NCBI RefSeq assembly: GCF_041146345.1
Contig: NW_027191415.1
Coordinates: 992,001-1,056,000 of the forward strand
Length of the DNA stretch: 64,000 nucleotides
Source of the DNA: Neodothiora populina
Lineage: Eukaryota
Reading direction: 5' to 3'
This document shows, piece by piece, positions 52,423 to 63,791 of the stretch. Under the pieces are notes generated by a model, which saw only the letters and a program-made list of their open reading frames with translations, searched no databases and was not told the DNA's origin. Both the position numbers and the translations under genes were made by a program. How positions within the stretch are numbered: the stretch's first letter is position 1; every line of letters begins with the position of its first letter.

Positions 52423-52876
52423 GCGATGAGCAGGATGTCATCTTGTAGTAGATATTTGCTTCACTGTCGCTGGTTGTTGACTTATGCAGTGGGAGTAAGG
52501 CTGTCCTCTCGTCATATACCGTGTTCGAATAGTTGTGGCATGTGACAAGAGGTACTTGTACTTCACAGCTTTAGCGGTGGGAGCTCGCTTGGGGTCACCC
52601 ACTTCCACGCCGGCCGGTGCGGGTGCGGATGCAGCTTGGGGAGATTGTTCAGATTTAGATCAGATCAGATTACAATCAAGTCGCGCGTCACAGCTGAAGT
52701 CCGAGCTCAAACTAGACTCCGCCAACTTCAACGCCGGCAAGAGACACACAACAACGTCCCTCTCGAGTTGCCAAACTGAACTGTTCTTCCACAGAAATAA
52801 TAATAATCCCTCCCCTTCGACTCGACTCGACGCGACCGCGACTCTTAAATCTCTACATAAACAGAAGTCCATATTC

Positions 52877-53467
52877 ATGATGTCCGGCGAAGCTTGGCTG
52901 TACCTCATAGCGGTGTTGATAAATGCCATCAACCTGTTTCTTCAAGTCTTCTTCACCATCATGTACAGCGATCTGGAATGGTAAGAAATTCATTGCGCCC
53001 GTCCGAACGCCACGTCGTGTGTCTTTTGGGATCTATGCAGTGTATCGCAATATCTATTGTATCTATCCTGCAGCTGACACGAACCCCCCTCCAGCGACTA
53101 CATCAACCCCATCGACCTCTGCAACCGTCTCAACACCTACATCGTCCCTGAAGCTGCCGTCCACGCCCTGCTGACCTTCCTCTTCCTCATCAACGGATAC
53201 TACATTGCCATTCTTCTGAACCTCCCCCTTTTGTTCTGGAATGCCAAGAAGATCTACGAGAACCAACACTTGCTCGACGCGACGGAGATTTTCCGAAAGC
53301 TGAACGTGCACAAGAAGGTGCGTTGCGGCCCGATTTGTTTGTCGTAGAGCTATACACTGATACACAGGTCACAGGAGTCTTTCATCAAGCTCGGCTTCCA
53401 CCTCGTCATGTTCTTCTTCTACCTGTACAGCATGATTGTCGCCCTTATCCGCGACGAGTCGCACTAG
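52877..53467 (+). CDS. ERV14: Cornichon family ER cargo receptor
   Basis: [47 protein letters not shown]...[33 protein letters not shown]. Two introns. Confidence 0.95.
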
Positions 53468-54106
53468 GAGAGCTTTGATCTTCGACGCGCATAAGCTGGC
53501 GACCGTCATCGAAGAGTCGACAGACTTGTTTGCGCATGGCGTGCGAGTCCCTACCCTCCTCTGCCCGGAATCTGTGACAGGCATATGACTGATGAAGGAT
53601 ACAAGAAAGCGTGTTCATGTCTTTTGGCGAAGAGGTATGCACATATTTGGGTCGATAGTCCAGAGTTATTACGACAGCCTTGGTGTATTAGACACCCTGA
53701 AGACGAGACGATAGAGTTGGAGCTGTGGTCGAGTGTGTGGAAGCGAATTCATGTCGCCCGTTCCAGACCTTGTGGGCGGTCTGGAGGAGAGCAAGTGTCA
53801 AATGATGCTCACGCGGTTAACGAAAAGATACCTTTCCTTTGGGGCCCTTGCGTTGCGGACTTCTTTCCAAGCACTTAATCGTATATTATTCTACAAAGCA
53901 TCTTGTTCGGTGATAAGACTTATGTATTGTCGTCGGCCTCGAACATGAACATGATTGATTTGTGAATTCAATGGAGGCCAGGGTCACGTGGGATTTCCTC
54001 GGCGAACCTTCCTATCTCGAAGCTCGGTACAAGATTCCCATAAACTCCCCCATCAACTTACATTAATTCAGTCCCCATTCTACTTCCACATACACATACA
54101 CACGCC

Positions 54107-55540
54107 ATGGCATTACAACTACGAGACCAGTCCAAGACCAGCACCAAAGGCAAAGTGCCGACCGGATTCGCCGACGAGATCGTCATCAGCGACGCCTCAT
54201 TCCGCCAGGCCCACCGAGCCGTCGAAGCGAACCACGAGCCGCCATCCAAAAAGCGCAAGCGCGAAGGCAAAGGCGACAGCAGCGTAGTCTACGGCGCAGG
54301 CGCATACAAAGGACCATGGGCGAAGTACGAAGAAGAGCGGCCGGACGCAGGCAACGACAGTGATGGATCAGACGTTGAGATAGAAGAAGTCAGCGAGTAC
54401 GAGGAGGACGAGATTGCGCCGAACCCTGTCGCTGCGCCGAGTAAGAAGGGCACGAGTTATGAGGACTTCGGAAACGATAAGGAGACGACGGTGTTTCATG
54501 GTAGTCAGCAGTATGATTACCAGGGCAGGACGTATATGCATGTCCCGCAGGACCTGGATATCGATCTCAAGGGCGATCTGTCGGAGTTGAAGAACTATGC
54601 ACCAAAGAAACTACTGCATACGTGGAAGGACCACACCAAGCCCATCACGCAACTTCGTTTCTTTCCTGATGCAGGACATTTGTTGTTGTCGGCCTCGGCG
54701 GACAGCAAGGTCAAGATATGGGACGTCTACCATCAGCGCGAACTCCTACGCACGTATTCTGGCCACACCAAGTCTGTGGCGGACATATCTTTCAACTACG
54801 ACGGCACGCGCTTCGTTTCTGGCTCCTACGACCGTCAAATGAAGCTCTGGGATACAGAAACGGGAGTGTGCATCTCGCGGTACAGCACCGGAGCCACGCC
54901 GCACGTGATACGCTTCCAGCCTGCTGTATCACAAGCGCACGAGTTCCTTGCGGGTATGAACGACAAGAAGATTGTCCAATTCGACACCCGCACGAATCCC
55001 GCGTCAAACGATGTCGACTTGTCCAAACCCATCCAAGAATACGACCACCATCTGGGCCCCGTCAACACCATCACTTTCTGCGATGAGAACCGTCGCTTCA
55101 TCACAACTTCAGACGACAAGTCCCTCAGAGCCTGGGAATACGGCATCCCAGTCCCCATCAAGTTCATCGCCGAGCCATACATGTTCCCCATGGTGCGCAG
55201 CTCACCTCACCCGAGCGGCAAGTACGTGGCGTTCCAGAGCTCAGACAACCAAATCGTCGTGTACGCATCCACGGAGCGTTTCCGACAGAACCGAAAGAAG
55301 AGTTTCCGCGGCCACAACAACGCCGGCTACGCCATCGATGTGGCCGTGTCGCCTGACGGAGGTATGGTCATGAGTGGCGACAGCGGCGGTTACGTGTGCT
55401 TTTGGGACTGGAAGACGTGTAAGATGTGGCATAAAATCAAAGCTGCAGAGGGCGCCGTCGTCGCTAGTCAATGGCATCCTAGGGAGAGCAGTAAAGTCGT
55501 CACTGGTGCTTTGGACGGTCTCATCAAATACTGGGATTAA
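54107..55540 (+). CDS. PRP17: Pre-mRNA splicing factor Prp17/Cdc40 (WD40)
   Basis: YDYQGRTYMHVP, GHLLLSAS, QEYDHHLGPVNTI, TSDDKSLRAWEY and FRGHNNAGY. The protein ends LIKYWD. Confidence 0.95.
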   Translation: MALQLRDQSKTSTKGKVPTGFADEIVISDASFRQAHRAVEANHEPPSKKRKREGKGDSSVVYGAGAYKGPWAKYEEERPDAGNDSDGSDVEIEEVSEYEEDEIAPNPVAAPSKKGTSYEDFGNDKETTVFHGSQQYDYQGRTYMHVPQDLDIDLKGDLSELKNYAPKKLLHTWKDHTKPITQLRFFPDAGHLLLSASADSKVKIWDVYHQRELLRTYSGHTKSVADISFNYDGTRFVSGSYDRQMKLWDTETGVCISRYSTGATPHVIRFQPAVSQAHEFLAGMNDKKIVQFDTRTNPASNDVDLSKPIQEYDHHLGPVNTITFCDENRRFITTSDDKSLRAWEYGIPVPIKFIAEPYMFPMVRSSPHPSGKYVAFQSSDNQIVVYASTERFRQNRKKSFRGHNNAGYAIDVAVSPDGGMVMSGDSGGYVCFWDWKTCKMWHKIKAAEGAVVASQWHPRESSKVVTGALDGLIKYWD

Positions 55541-55958
55541 TCGCAGACTATCAATTCATGTGTACGACAGAACGAAATGATAATAAACGCAAACATATGC
55601 ATCAAAGAGACTCCCATCACGCTCAGAATTAACGCCAGATACTAGGAACAACCTGTGAACTGCCTCGGTCGTCATGCCATGAAACGTAAAACATCGACTG
55701 TCCGTGCTTGTCCTCCTCCTTCCCAAATCAAAATTTCCAGTCTCAGAATATCCGCATGTGGAAGACGTGACTCGCACGCCGCCGTGGCGCCGCACAGTGC
55801 GCTCCTTCCTCATCCAAGCATCTGGCCAGCATCCCCGATCGAGTTCTTTTTCCCCACCGCGGCTCGAATCTCTTCTTCGTCGACCACACTCAGTGCTCCA
55901 AGTTGATATTGTGCAGCCGCAGTGCTGATTGAGGTGATAAGGTCACCTTGTTCTGCAA

Positions 55959-56687
55959 CTACCTCTTCCCCAATTTGAAAGTCATGGTTTGGTGGCCGTT
56001 CCATCCTTTGTATAACTCGCCTTCTGTGTGTGCTAGGGTGCATAATGCTTGAAGCATCGCTGTAGGCGAAGTACCCTCACCACAACTTCCATCATCGAGT
56101 ACCAACATCGATTCTGCAGCGCTCAGTAACGCATTCCTGCCTTTCTGCCTTATTCTTGTGTTCTCTGACGCAGAAAGAAAGTTCGTCTTCAACAAGCTAT
56201 CGAGACTTTTCACGGCATTTTGGAGCTGTTCCAGTTCGATCTCAAAGTTGTCGGATCGTGTTTGAGCTGGTTCCGAGGGGTCCTCTAGGCTACGACGACG
56301 CGACATATCGATTGTTCTCGAGTCGAGGTTGCTGAAGTGAGATTGATCCTCTTGCGGTTCGCCGCAAGGTGTCATTTCCAAACATAATCCCAGATCTTCT
56401 TCGCGATTGGTAGTGGGGCTTGGAGAATTTGGCAGATCGAGGCTGTTAGATGCATTGTCTCTCGCCGCCTTACATCTCCTGCCCGTGCCATCTTTGGCTT
56501 CTCTACTCCAGTGGTCATGTAATGACCTTATGTTCGCATACCTTTTCCCACAGCCCCACCCCAGGGAAGCTCCTCCACAAGAAACTCGGGATCTGGATCC
56601 CTGATGCACTTCGATTTCATGGCGTCTGCGGACGTCCTGACGCGAGAACGCCCACTTGCAGGTTCCACATCTCAAGGACGCGCCCAT
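55959..56687 (-). CDS. Putative C2H2 zinc-finger protein (5' extent uncertain)
   Basis: CGTCKWAFSRQDVRRRHEIEVH, followed by CGG...GWGCGKRYANIRSLHDHW, a fungal-type second finger. A possible upstream splice acceptor lies at ~56742. Confidence 0.6.
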   Translation of the reverse strand: MGASLRCGTCKWAFSRQDVRRRHEIEVHQGSRSRVSCGGASLGWGCGKRYANIRSLHDHWSREAKDGTGRRCKAARDNASNSLDLPNSPSPTTNREEDLGLCLEMTPCGEPQEDQSHFSNLDSRTIDMSRRRSLEDPSEPAQTRSDNFEIELEQLQNAVKSLDSLLKTNFLSASENTRIRQKGRNALLSAAESMLVLDDGSCGEGTSPTAMLQALCTLAHTEGELYKGWNGHQTMTFKLGKR

Positions 56688-57096
56688 GATCGAGGCAGTG
56701 ATGGAGTCTCCTGGTAAATCAAAGCCAGACGCTTGCCGCCCCCTAGCAAGTGACGGATGATATTCTCAGTGATTTATGCAGGCTTGAAATTTGTATTCAG
56801 AAGAGGATATCAACAAGAACGTGACAATGTTCGATGTTCGTCAAATTCTCGAATTAGAGCCAGGGACTGTCACGGGTGGCCTCAAGCACATTGGCCGAAT
56901 GAAAATCGAATCGCAGTAGACATGCCGGTCAGTTGTGTATATAGAATAGATGCAATATCAATTTCTTGTAATTGTACCAGCAAAGATTCGAGAGAGACGC
57001 TCGAGGAATCCATCTCGCGGTGATCCTGCTCAGATAGAGGTAGATCGTGATTTATAGGCGTAGTGTTGCTGCGATGTAGTTGCCTCATAACGAGTC

Positions 57097-57140
57097 ATCT
57101 GGCGGGATAATCTGGCGGGGTTATCTGGCGGGGTTATCTG
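57097..57140 (+). repeat. 13-bp tandem repeat ATCTGGCGGG(G/A)T(T/A), about 3.4 copies
   Basis: atctggcgggata atctggcggggtt atctggcggggtt atctg. Confidence 0.85.
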
Positions 57141-57948
57141 CCTGGCGACTTTCTGGCAGGCTTTTCTGTTGCACTCTGCCCGGCGACTTTCTGACAGGCT
57201 TCTCTTTCGAGCTGTTCTGGCGGCTGTTCCCATCTCCACCATACATGTACTTGCATGATGTGTAGATGCGTACATGCAGTATCGGGATACAGGACGTCCA
57301 ATAAAGGTCCATCATCATGCAGACGAACACTGTATCAAGACTCTGCACTAAACGGTCCAGGCGGGGGATTAGAAGGAAGATACCGACATCGTGAGGCCTT
57401 TCCCATCCTCTAGTCAGGCATTGTCAGTCCCTCCGATGGTAGTTGGCACAAGTCAAGCGCCACAGACCGAGATTCATTCACCTGCACTACGTAATGGCAT
57501 TTGGGACCTGCGCCCGCCTCACACCAGATCTTCTGGCGTCCGCCTGTACTGATCATACAGCAGGTTCACCTTCTGGTGTGGTCTTCGGAGTGTGGCGTCC
57601 TACTCTAGTGCTGAACCTTCTAGGGTGTCGTTCCTTCTGGTGTATCCCGCCTTCTGGTGTGCTGTTTCTTCAGATATGTCGTCGCTTCTGATTATTCGCT
57701 TCCCCTCTGATGTACCATTTATTCTGAAGTGTCGCCCGTCCTGGTTTGCACGCTGACGGGTTGGTTTCTGGCGGATCACGCAAAATTTGACAGAGTCACT
57801 GGAATTAAAGCAAGTATATATAGACCCCATACTAGTCCCGCAAAATCATGTCTTGTATCCAAACAATCTAGCGGTCCATTTCTAGCAAGCTCTAGAGGGC
57901 CAGACGATATCCGAAACTATCCTAAACCTGCACCTCGTACTTCACTTC

Positions 57949-58107
57949 ATGATGTCCCCGTCAGACATTCTTAACATCATCCTCGGCAGTATCGTAGCTG
58001 CTGACGCCATCATTCGGTTGGGTACGAAAATCGTTCTCATTCGTCACGAAGTGTACTCTGCTCCTAGACAGAGAACCTTGGGGGTAGGGTCTGATATCGC
58101 AGTCTGA
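57949..58107 (+). CDS. Micropeptide family copy 1 (52 aa)
   Basis: MMSPSDILNIILGSIVAADAIIRLGTKIVLIRHEVYSAPRQRTLGVGSDIAV*. TATATATAG at 57815. Paralogous to the ORFs at 59503 and 60712, with mostly synonymous divergence at conserved positions. Confidence 0.7.
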   Translation: MMSPSDILNIILGSIVAADAIIRLGTKIVLIRHEVYSAPRQRTLGVGSDIAV

Positions 58108-59502
58108 GATATCTGGGGTACCCTGGCTGTCTGATATTTGAGTCGGGGCGGTCCAGGTTCATGAAAGTAGAGACAGCTACGAGGGTAAGAGTAATCATCA
58201 AATAGCCCCTCATATACCCATCGCTGACTATTAGCATCTTCAAGCAGGAACAGAGTTAGATCGATTTATACTGGCATCAGCTGCGCTCAAGTACGAAAGG
58301 GCACACTTATGCCACCACGAGTCATTTACGAGTTATGTCGGAGTCATAGGAATGGAGGACCCCGTGTGAGGGCAGGGAAACATGACATCGAGCGCGGTAT
58401 ATAGGAAAGTGAGCGGGCATTGTTGTCGTGAGCTGATGGGGGACATGGTCGAACTTGAGTCTGGAAGATATATTGTAAAGGACTGAGTTATATCATTGCG
58501 CAGATCAGGCGATATAAAGTACACCCACTATGTGACTCGCGAGCCTCACAAAGGTCTCGCATCTCGCCTGAACTTTAGTACGCAAGAAAGTGAATCGTCC
58601 CCCTACCAATATCGGCTTCAAAAAGTGATTAAGAGATATGGTAAAGGCGTTGAATGCTGTGGGCCTACAGTAGTACGCAGATCCCGGTTCTGATTAGATC
58701 GATGAGGTTCATTCGATAATGCTTGTTGTAGAAAGGGTATTTCACGCGGATCATGTGCTTTCACAACACATTCTGGCCAGTGGTATCGGTCGTAACCGGC
58801 TAGAGTTGACACTGAAACCGACGACAAGATCAAGGCTGGCGGCGAGGCACATTTCAGAAGCAAATCTGTATGGACGCAAACACAGTGAACGACTTCATCC
58901 GCATTGAATGAGTGAGAAGTTCCAGTCATGGCGCCTGGAATTTAGCACGACGTGAAGGGGGCGGAGTTGTCGACCATAATTACGGAAGCAATTTGAGCAC
59001 ATCATTGGTAGGAGGCAAAGTTGATGTTGGGGTCGACCACCGTTGCTGCATCGCCACCTCGTGATGGTAATAAGGGCTCAAGGATTAGTGTTCTGTGCAT
59101 TCAAGTCGCTCGGTGTTGGAGCATACTGCATACGACACTCCAGTCCGCAACTAATATCGGCCGATGTTAGACACTTCGCAAGCGGACGGGTAGATCGCCC
59201 TTTGGATTTATATGCGCTATCCCCTCATCCCTGTACGCCACCGGTGGTACCCTGCGAACTCGCCGTAATCCCTGTACGCCAGCTTACTTACGGCTTTTAA
59301 AGGCCGATTATTCTTGTCCGGATACACATTTATTTGGAGGGCCTAGGTAAAGCGATGCGAGATCACATATACAAACACTTCGTTCGTGCCTCCCCATACT
59401 TGCATCACATCTCAACAATTACAGAGCCTAGTGTTCCATCTGTTCAGCTGAAACAGAAGACAAGAGCGTCCTATTGCCTCTACAAAGTCCTCACAATAAA
59501 CC

Positions 59503-59688
59503 ATGTCTCCATCAGTCATCTTGAACACCATAGCCGCTAGCATCATCACCATGGAAGCAATCATTCGACCCGGCTGCGGCATCGCTCGAATCTATCTCGA
59601 CGCACCTACAGCAGGTAGGGCTGTTCAAGATCTGCCATCAAATGCACCACTGTATTTACCTGTCTTCAGTCCAGAAAATCGTCAGTGA
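59503..59688 (+). CDS. Micropeptide family copy 2 (61 aa; stop position changed relative to the other copies)
   Basis: MSPSVILNTIAASIITMEAIIRPGCGIARIYLDAPTAGRAVQ..., with 15 nt differences from copy 3 over the first 112 nt. Confidence 0.6.
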   Translation: MSPSVILNTIAASIITMEAIIRPGCGIARIYLDAPTAGRAVQDLPSNAPLYLPVFSPENRQ

Positions 59689-60711
59689 ATTCTAGAAGAT
59701 AATTCTACATGCAGAGTCGATCACTAATACCTCGTGGCGCGCTTGACAGTATGACCTGCAAACGTAGTCGAGACTAACACTCCGTTCTGTCCATTTTTTA
59801 GCTACCTACAACTCTATGAGCATATTGAGTTCGTGTCAGAAGGTCAAATAGCATCATTCCAGCATCATCATCAGAAAGCGCAAAGTCTACAGAATCATTT
59901 ATAGCATTGCTATCAAGCGTAATCTAATTCAGCCACTGTTATACAGCCTTTATTTGATCAATTGATTAGAAAGTTATCACCGAGTGCACGAGTACTTTCT
60001 GTATCAAATTGTCAAAACACACTACGAACTCTAGTCGCATGGGATCAGTGAGAAACTCGAGTCATGGCGACTAAAGAGTCTTGACACGTCAGGAAGCTGC
60101 TGACGATTGAGCCTGGCTAAGCCACGAGTGGTAGGAGATGTACGCGGAACCGAGTTAAGCTTGTGCCGTCACATTACCACGTGCTAATGGCAGCAATAAA
60201 AGCCCAAGGGTGAGGGTAAAGGTGTCTTGTGGGTTGCTCATGTGTCCATCGCAAAGGTCAGATACTGGGGAGGACTTCGAAGAACCGTAAGCCAGCCTTG
60301 TTCTGTGGAGAGGAATTGCTGCTAGATCGGGTTAGCTTGCGCGCATGGCGGACGCTGAGTGAGCATTCTATTGGTGCGTAGATACAAACTTGCATCATAG
60401 CTGTACGGCGGGATTGTTGCATGAATGCAAGTTGCATATTGCTGCTACGCCACAATTCAGAGGTATCCTTCACCATGTCGCGAGGCGGCATTTGATACAG
60501 AATCGACATTGCTCAAAGGGACAGAAGTGGGCCAACATATGACCACGTTCATATAAGAACAACAGCGTTGCCCGCCCAGTTTTGCATTATACGTCAACAT
60601 ATACAAAGCCTAGTGATTGATCTGTTCATTTGAGACCAAAGTGAAGAAGAACGCGATTACCTTCGAGATACCTCATCTGCTTGACTCAGCCTATCATACG
60701 GAATCTCCACC

Positions 60712-60861
60712 AGGTCCCCCTCCGACATCTTAAACACCATAGCCGCTAGCATCATCGCCCTAGAAGCAATCATAAGACTCGGCTGCGGCATCGCTCGAAC
60801 CTACCGCGACGCACCTACAGCAGCTGCCAGAAGAAACACAGATCCAGATACTGCTGTTTAG
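60712..60861 (+). pseudogene. Micropeptide family copy 3 (49 codons; start codon ATG>AGG)
   Basis: CCACC-AGG followed by SPSDILNTIAASIIALEAIIRLGCGIARTYRDAPTAAARRNTDPDTAV*. There is no in-frame upstream ATG. Confidence 0.6.
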
Positions 60862-61957
60862 ACATTTACCATCAGATATATCACAGTGCCTACTCCATCT
60901 GTGAAACGGTCAGTGTACCTTGTCTGAAACATACCTTAGCTGTACTGTACATGCAGGGTCGATTACTGATTCGTCGTGGCTGAACCAGAAGCATACGTCG
61001 ATAAACGAATCATATCTCTCGGTAACCGGTCAAGCCCTAACTCAGTCCATGTACGGAAAAGGCCAAGCATGGAATCTATCAACAATTACACCCGCCCCAC
61101 CAATGAGACAATTCCCAAGAAATCTCCTACAGTACACGCACATATTCCAGCGCCTCCCTGATATCTGATTGGTCAACTGCTCGGAGAAAACACTTACATC
61201 GCAAGGAACAATGCACGAAAAGGCCCCAATCAAATACAAGCCAAAAGTCAAGTCTATGGGTGAAGTCGGGGAAAGGTAGCTCAGAAAAAGCTTACCTTGC
61301 CTTTGACCACGCTTCCGAACGACGAAACTCCCACCTATCTGCTCGGTCGGGCCGAGGTCCGGGTCGGAAAGGTCCCACACATTATTTGAGCATCGGGGTT
61401 GGTTTTCGTCAGTGGATTAGTGGTCTATTATATATATCCACCTCTGTCTTTCTGTTTTGATTGCTGCTGAGTGGACGCATTTTTCGCTCATGTTTTCGCT
61501 GTTCGACTTGTCTTGATGCTTGTGCTTCGTCTCTGCTGCAGACATGCCTGGAAGAAAAAGATGTCAAGATACCGGCATGAGGGTTTCAACAGCGAGCACC
61601 AGTAGGAACAGAGATCAATTTAATAAAAAATGTTCATCATGATATATTTGGTGGCGATCTAGTCTCTTCTATCGTCCCTTTTTCCCCCTCTACTTCATGA
61701 GACGATTTGCTTCAATAAAGAAAACGCAGATACTACATTAAACCCGGAGCCCCACCAGCGACCCCAGCAACACCTCCGATCTTGGGTACCATTTCTCCGT
61801 GAACCAACTCCCAGCTCATGCCACTCTCGACACTGCCAGGTCTCTGCATGATATCGTTGGTGGAAGTTTCAATAATGGACTCTCCAACAGGAGTGTTGTT
61901 GTTTCTTTCGTAAGACTTCTCTTCGACAACCTCTTCGACTTCGACACCACGAGCATT

Positions 61958-63791
61958 CTAAGCGTGGGGATCAAGGCCGAGGTTCTCCTCAGCAGGCACC
62001 ATGCGGATGGTGTTGGTGTTGCCCATGCCGCCTCTCCATCCTTGCACACAGACGACGGTGTCGCCCTTGGAAAGGATTCCGAGCTTGATGGCGTTGCCAA
62101 TACCCCACTTGAGACGCTTGTCGACATCCTCTTGCCAAGGAGCGGTCTTGAAGTCGGGCTTCTCCTCGTCGTAGTGGAAAGGCCAGACACCACGGTAGAG
62201 GTGGGAGTAGCGGCAAGCATTACCGTTGCGGGAAACCATGATGATGGGGCAAACGGGGCGATACTTGGAGATGAGGCGGGCGGTGCTGCCAGAGGTGGTC
62301 AGGACCAAGATGGCGCCAGCGTTCTGCTCGAGAGAGGCAGAAACGGCGGCCATGGCACAGGTCTCGCTGGTGGCGACAGGGACGGGGGCAAGTCTCCTGA
62401 GCTCATCGAAGGCGTTGACGTAAGGGATGGCGACCTCGGCAAGAAGACAGGTCTCGTGCATCATAGAGACGGCCTCCTTGGGGTAGTTACCCTTGGCGGT
62501 CTCACCGGACAACATGACACAGTCAGCACCGTCGAGGACAGCGTTACCAACGTCAGAAACCTCAGCACGGGTTGGGCGAGGGTTGTAGGTCATGCTCTCA
62601 AGCATCTGGGTGGCGCAAATGGCGGGCTTGCCGGCAAGGTTGCACTTGGTGATCATCATCTTCTGGGCGATGAAGACCTGGGCGGGAGGGATCTCGATAC
62701 CGAGGTCACCACGGGCGACCATGACACCGTCAGTCTCCTTGAGGATGTCGTCAAAGTTGTTGACACCCTGCTGGTTCTCGACCTTGGCGATGATCTGGAT
62801 CTCAGCACCGTCGGGACCAAGGCACTCACGGATGGCCTTGATGTCGTTGCCGGAACGGATGAAAGAAGCAAAGACCATGTTGACCTTGTTCTTGACACCG
62901 AATCTCAGGTCAGCCTTGTCCTTCTCGGAAAGAGGAGGAAGGTCGACGTCAGTTCCGGGAAGGTTGACACCCTTCTTGGAGGAGATCTTGCCGTTGTTGA
63001 TGCAGCGGCACTTGAGGTTCTTGTCGTCGGTGACTTCGAGGACCTCGAATGCGAGGACACCATCATCGACGTAGATGATACGGCCGGGCTGGATGACCTT
63101 GGTGATGTTCTTGTAGTCGACGTACCTGCAGGAGAATGTCAGTAGGAGGCCAACGCACGAAACAGCTTCGAGGAAGGAGCGGGGGAATTGGTGCAGAAAC
63201 GGAAGGTGGGGAATCAAGGACAGGAAAAGAAGAAAGAGCGAAAATGGGCAAGACTAACATGTTCTTGTCGTCGGAAGCAGTGGCATATTGCTCATCAGTG
63301 GTGATGTTGATCTCGGCACCAGCGGCGATGGGGATATCGTCGTTGTTGGTGGTGTTACCGGTACGGATCTCGGGGCCCTTGGTGTCAAGAGCAATGGCAA
63401 TGGGACGACCGGGCTGGGTCCTCTCGGCCTCACGGGCGTTGTCAATGACAGACTGGTGGTACTCGTATGAGCCGTGGGAGAAGTTCATGCGGACAACGTT
63501 AAGACCAGCTACATCGCCCAGGGGATTAGCAAAGAAAGGCCCCCCACCTCACCAAATTCCGACTTACCAGTTCTGAGCATGTTAATCTTCTCAGGGGAGT
63601 TGGTCTTGGGACCTGTAGGAACTCATTAGTACCAATGCGCCGTATTCCGTGCCTGTCAGGGACAACTTACCAATGGTGCAGATAATGGAAGTGCGGCGGA
63701 ACTGCCTCTTTGGCTTGTACTGAGTGGTGAGCTGAGACAGCCATTCTATTCTGGTCCTGCCAGAGTTGAGGTGGGCGAGTGCGTCAGCCAT
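61958..63791 (-). CDS. PYK1: Pyruvate kinase
   Basis: [65 protein letters not shown] and MLSGETAKG. Three introns. Confidence 0.98.

Larger units (their letters stand above)
59365..60985 (+). repeat. Diverged direct duplication (~59365-59750 vs ~60548-60985) covering promoter, ORF and 3' flank
   Basis: Upstream ttgcatcacatctcaacaattacagagcctagtgttccatctgttca vs ttgcattatacgtcaacatatacaaagcctagtgattgatctgttca. Downstream tacatgcagagtcgatcacta vs tacatgcagggtcgattactg. Confidence 0.85.

Noticed and set aside
57097..57140. Short repeat cluster considered as a CRISPR-like array
   Set aside because: It has no unique spacers, only 13-bp units, no cas genes, and a eukaryotic context.
57949..60861. 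Micropeptides as mating-pheromone precursors
   Set aside because: There is no C-terminal CaaX box (copies 1 and 3 end DIAV/DTAV) and no Kex2-separated repeats.
61799..63145. 448-aa plus-strand ORF
   Set aside because: It is the antisense shadow of the codon-biased pyruvate kinase gene and has no independent motifs.
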